DNA of 64,000 nucleotides from an uncultured candidate division Zixibacteria bacterium. Lineage in GTDB: Bacteria; Zixibacteria; MSB-5A5; UBA10806; 4484-95. Below are positions 61,929 through 64,000 of the stretch, piece after piece. The position numbers were made by a program, and so were the translations under genes. A model generated the notes under the pieces. It had not been told where the DNA came from, did not search any database, and saw only the letters and a program-made list of their open reading frames with translations. Each line of letters starts with the position of its first letter. Within the stretch, counting starts at the first letter, position 1. The stretch is from assembly GCA_963668625.2 (NCBI GenBank), contig CAXXKA010000004.1, positions 1-64,000 on the forward strand, written 5' to 3'.

Positions 61929-62705
61929 TTAACTTGCTATCGTGAAAAATCTCCCCCAGCGTAAATGGGTGAGTAGATACGGCAAATTCTTAAGTGAGTA
62001 CGCCCATATATCAATATTGGTCATATCGCCGTTGGAGGTATTCATCTCCCCGGGATACTCCCATGACCAGAGCACCAGCATGGCCCGCGCATGTACCTGG
62101 TCTCTGCTGGCGAATCCCCAGAAACGCGAGTCAGCGGAGTTATCACGATTATCGCCCATGACGAAAAGTTTGCCTTCAGGGACGGTTGTAAGTGGGAAAT
62201 TATCTCGCAAACCTCCTCGTTTCTGTTCATGCGGCAAGAAAGGTATAATTCCGTTATCCAAATATTTGCCTTCCTCTGGCAATTCCATCAACACGCCATC
62301 GACATACAACTTCTTATTTTTGATCTCAACAGTCTGCCCCTCGGTTGCTATACATCTTTTAATGAAACTGTTTCGTGGATCATGAGGGGGCGTGAATATC
62401 ACAATATCGCCGGTTTTCGGCTCTTCGATAGCAGGTAGATGAATATCAGTAAAAGGAATCGGCAGTTTCATCCCATATACGAATTTATTACCAAGGATTT
62501 GATCGCCGGGCATGAGTGTGTTTTCCATCGAGCCCGATGGTATAACATAGGCCTCAACTACCGAGGCTTTGATTACCAGCGCCAGTATTAACGGAATACC
62601 GATACCGCTGAACCATTCCCAGGCTATCTCTTTCGGCGTTTTCTTGCGTTTGGGCTTTGCTTTATGTTTGGGATCTCTCTGGAATAACCGCATCCATGCC
62701 TCCAC
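61929..62705 (-). CDS. lepB: Signal peptidase I (paralog)
   Basis: IPSGSMENTL, FIKRC, MGDNRDNSADSRFWG. Confidence 0.95.
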   Translation of the reverse strand: MEAWMRLFQRDPKHKAKPKRKKTPKEIAWEWFSGIGIPLILALVIKASVVEAYVIPSGSMENTLMPGDQILGNKFVYGMKLPIPFTDIHLPAIEEPKTGDIVIFTPPHDPRNSFIKRCIATEGQTVEIKNKKLYVDGVLMELPEEGKYLDNGIIPFLPHEQKRGGLRDNFPLTTVPEGKLFVMGDNRDNSADSRFWGFASRDQVHARAMLVLWSWEYPGEMNTSNGDMTNIDIWAYSLKNLPYLLTHLRWGRFFTIAS

Positions 62706-62761
62706 TCTAATATTTTCAGACTCATAATCTTTATACTGTTTCCGATAGAAAAAGTTATGGA

Positions 62762-63844
62762 TTATTCAAAAAATCCACCGACCACGCGCATAATATCGTT
62801 ATAAGTGATAGCCACCATAAGTAGCAGAAGCAGTCCCATACCGATCTGCTGAGCTATCAACCTACCTTTCAACGAAACAGGTTTGCGCTTGATCGCCTCG
62901 ATAGTTAAAAATACCAGATGGCCGCCATCAAGGACGGGAATCGGTAAGATATTTAATATCGCCAGGTTAACCGACAGGAAAGCCGCCAATCCTAGAAGAG
63001 ATAAAAATCCCTGTTTAGCCGCTCGTCCGGCCTGTTCGGCGATCATAATCGGGCCGCCGAAATTCTTTATGGATATCTGAAGTGTTACCGCTTGCCAGAT
63101 AATATCCAGCATCTGGCCGGTTAAATACACTGTCGCGCTTATCCCCTCGCCCAGCGCTTTAAACGGGCCAACCGATTTATACTCGAAAGCGTTGCTTATG
63201 CCAATCCCTACCTGGCCTACCACTTTCTCGTTGCCCAGCGAGTCGGTCACCGTCTTCTCGCCCGGGGTAATCGCGGCGGTCACAACGCTGTCGCCGTCTT
63301 TCCAGGTGAAATCAATCGGTACATTAGGGCGCTCGTTGATATAAGCGATCAATTCTTTGTAATCGGTGAATTCTATATCATCGATAGCCAATAGCTGCGA
63401 GCCAGGGTTCATCTTTGCCTGATCGGCCGGGCTGCCGGGCATTATCGAATTAGCCGCAATGGTATCCGGAATCGGTTCGGGAATACCGTTTGCCCAATAG
63501 ATAATGAAAAAGATAAAAGCGGCAGTAATGAAATTCATGATCGGGCCGGCCGCGATAACTATATATCGTTTCCATATCGAGGCAGCCGTGAAATCGCCCT
63601 CCTGAGGCACGTAATCATCATCGAATTCGTTCTCGCCCATCATCTTGACATAGCCGCCAAGAGGTACGATACCGATTCGATATTCCGTTTCGCCGATCCT
63701 TTTGCCGATCAATTTTGGCGGGAAACCAAGTGAGAATGTTTCCACCCTAATGCCGGAGCGTTTAGCGGCGATGAAATGTCCTAATTCGTGCACGAACACC
63801 AGGAGTCCCAGCACGAAAACAAAAGCTAGTATTGTAGTCATCAC
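62762..63844 (-). CDS. rseP: Site-2 RIP metalloprotease RseP
   Basis: HELGH, PLGGYVKM, AGP..N, PDZ domain, NILPIPVLDGG. Confidence 0.95.
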   Translation of the reverse strand: MMTTILAFVFVLGLLVFVHELGHFIAAKRSGIRVETFSLGFPPKLIGKRIGETEYRIGIVPLGGYVKMMGENEFDDDYVPQEGDFTAASIWKRYIVIAAGPIMNFITAAFIFFIIYWANGIPEPIPDTIAANSIMPGSPADQAKMNPGSQLLAIDDIEFTDYKELIAYINERPNVPIDFTWKDGDSVVTAAITPGEKTVTDSLGNEKVVGQVGIGISNAFEYKSVGPFKALGEGISATVYLTGQMLDIIWQAVTLQISIKNFGGPIMIAEQAGRAAKQGFLSLLGLAAFLSVNLAILNILPIPVLDGGHLVFLTIEAIKRKPVSLKGRLIAQQIGMGLLLLLMVAITYNDIMRVVGGFFE

Positions 63845-64000
63845 AATAAATTAACGTTATCCTTTCGGAAAAGTTCCCTGTTGTGTTATTCGGTTTAATC
63901 TTGATATCTTTTAATTCCAGTGTACGGATTTTTAAATTACTTCTCTTCCCTCGCATAAATTAACCAGACTTGCCAGTGCATATATTTGCGATTTTCGGCC

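Noticed and set aside
63935-64000. Possible 3' end of a minus-strand gene (…AENRKYMHWQVWLIYAREEK*)
   Set aside because: Too short to support or identify within this window

Overview
Bacterial genomic window, probably from an FCB-group anaerobe. This is an inference: secreted proteins with YPNPFN/T9SS-like C-termini and Cys-rich dockerin-like C-termini suggest a candidate Zixibacteria-like organism. Core content: a complete nuoA-N complex I operon with a SAM methyltransferase inserted between nuoL and nuoM, tRNA-Ala(GGC), mtaB, a ccmABCDEF cluster with a CxxxY-type CcmE, two tandem lepB genes, rseP, a heterodimeric ABC exporter preceded by a leader-peptide attenuator, a PAS-kinase/response-regulator/HD-GYP/HDOD signalling operon and a DUF1998 helicase. 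Accessory content: the 5' part of a giant TANFOR-like secreted gene broken by homopolymer frameshifts; two IS110-family elements whose non-coding ends share a motif despite lying on opposite sides of the gene; a REP-associated tyrosine transposase (RAYT) flanked by 143-bp REP-doublet arrays, with related REPs scattered through the window; a secreted beta-propeller gene bracketed by ~310-340-bp REP-containing direct repeats; two MITEs inserted into hairpin loops; and two Cys-rich secreted proteins sharing a near-identical dockerin-like tail. All calls come from reading the sequence; no database searches were run.
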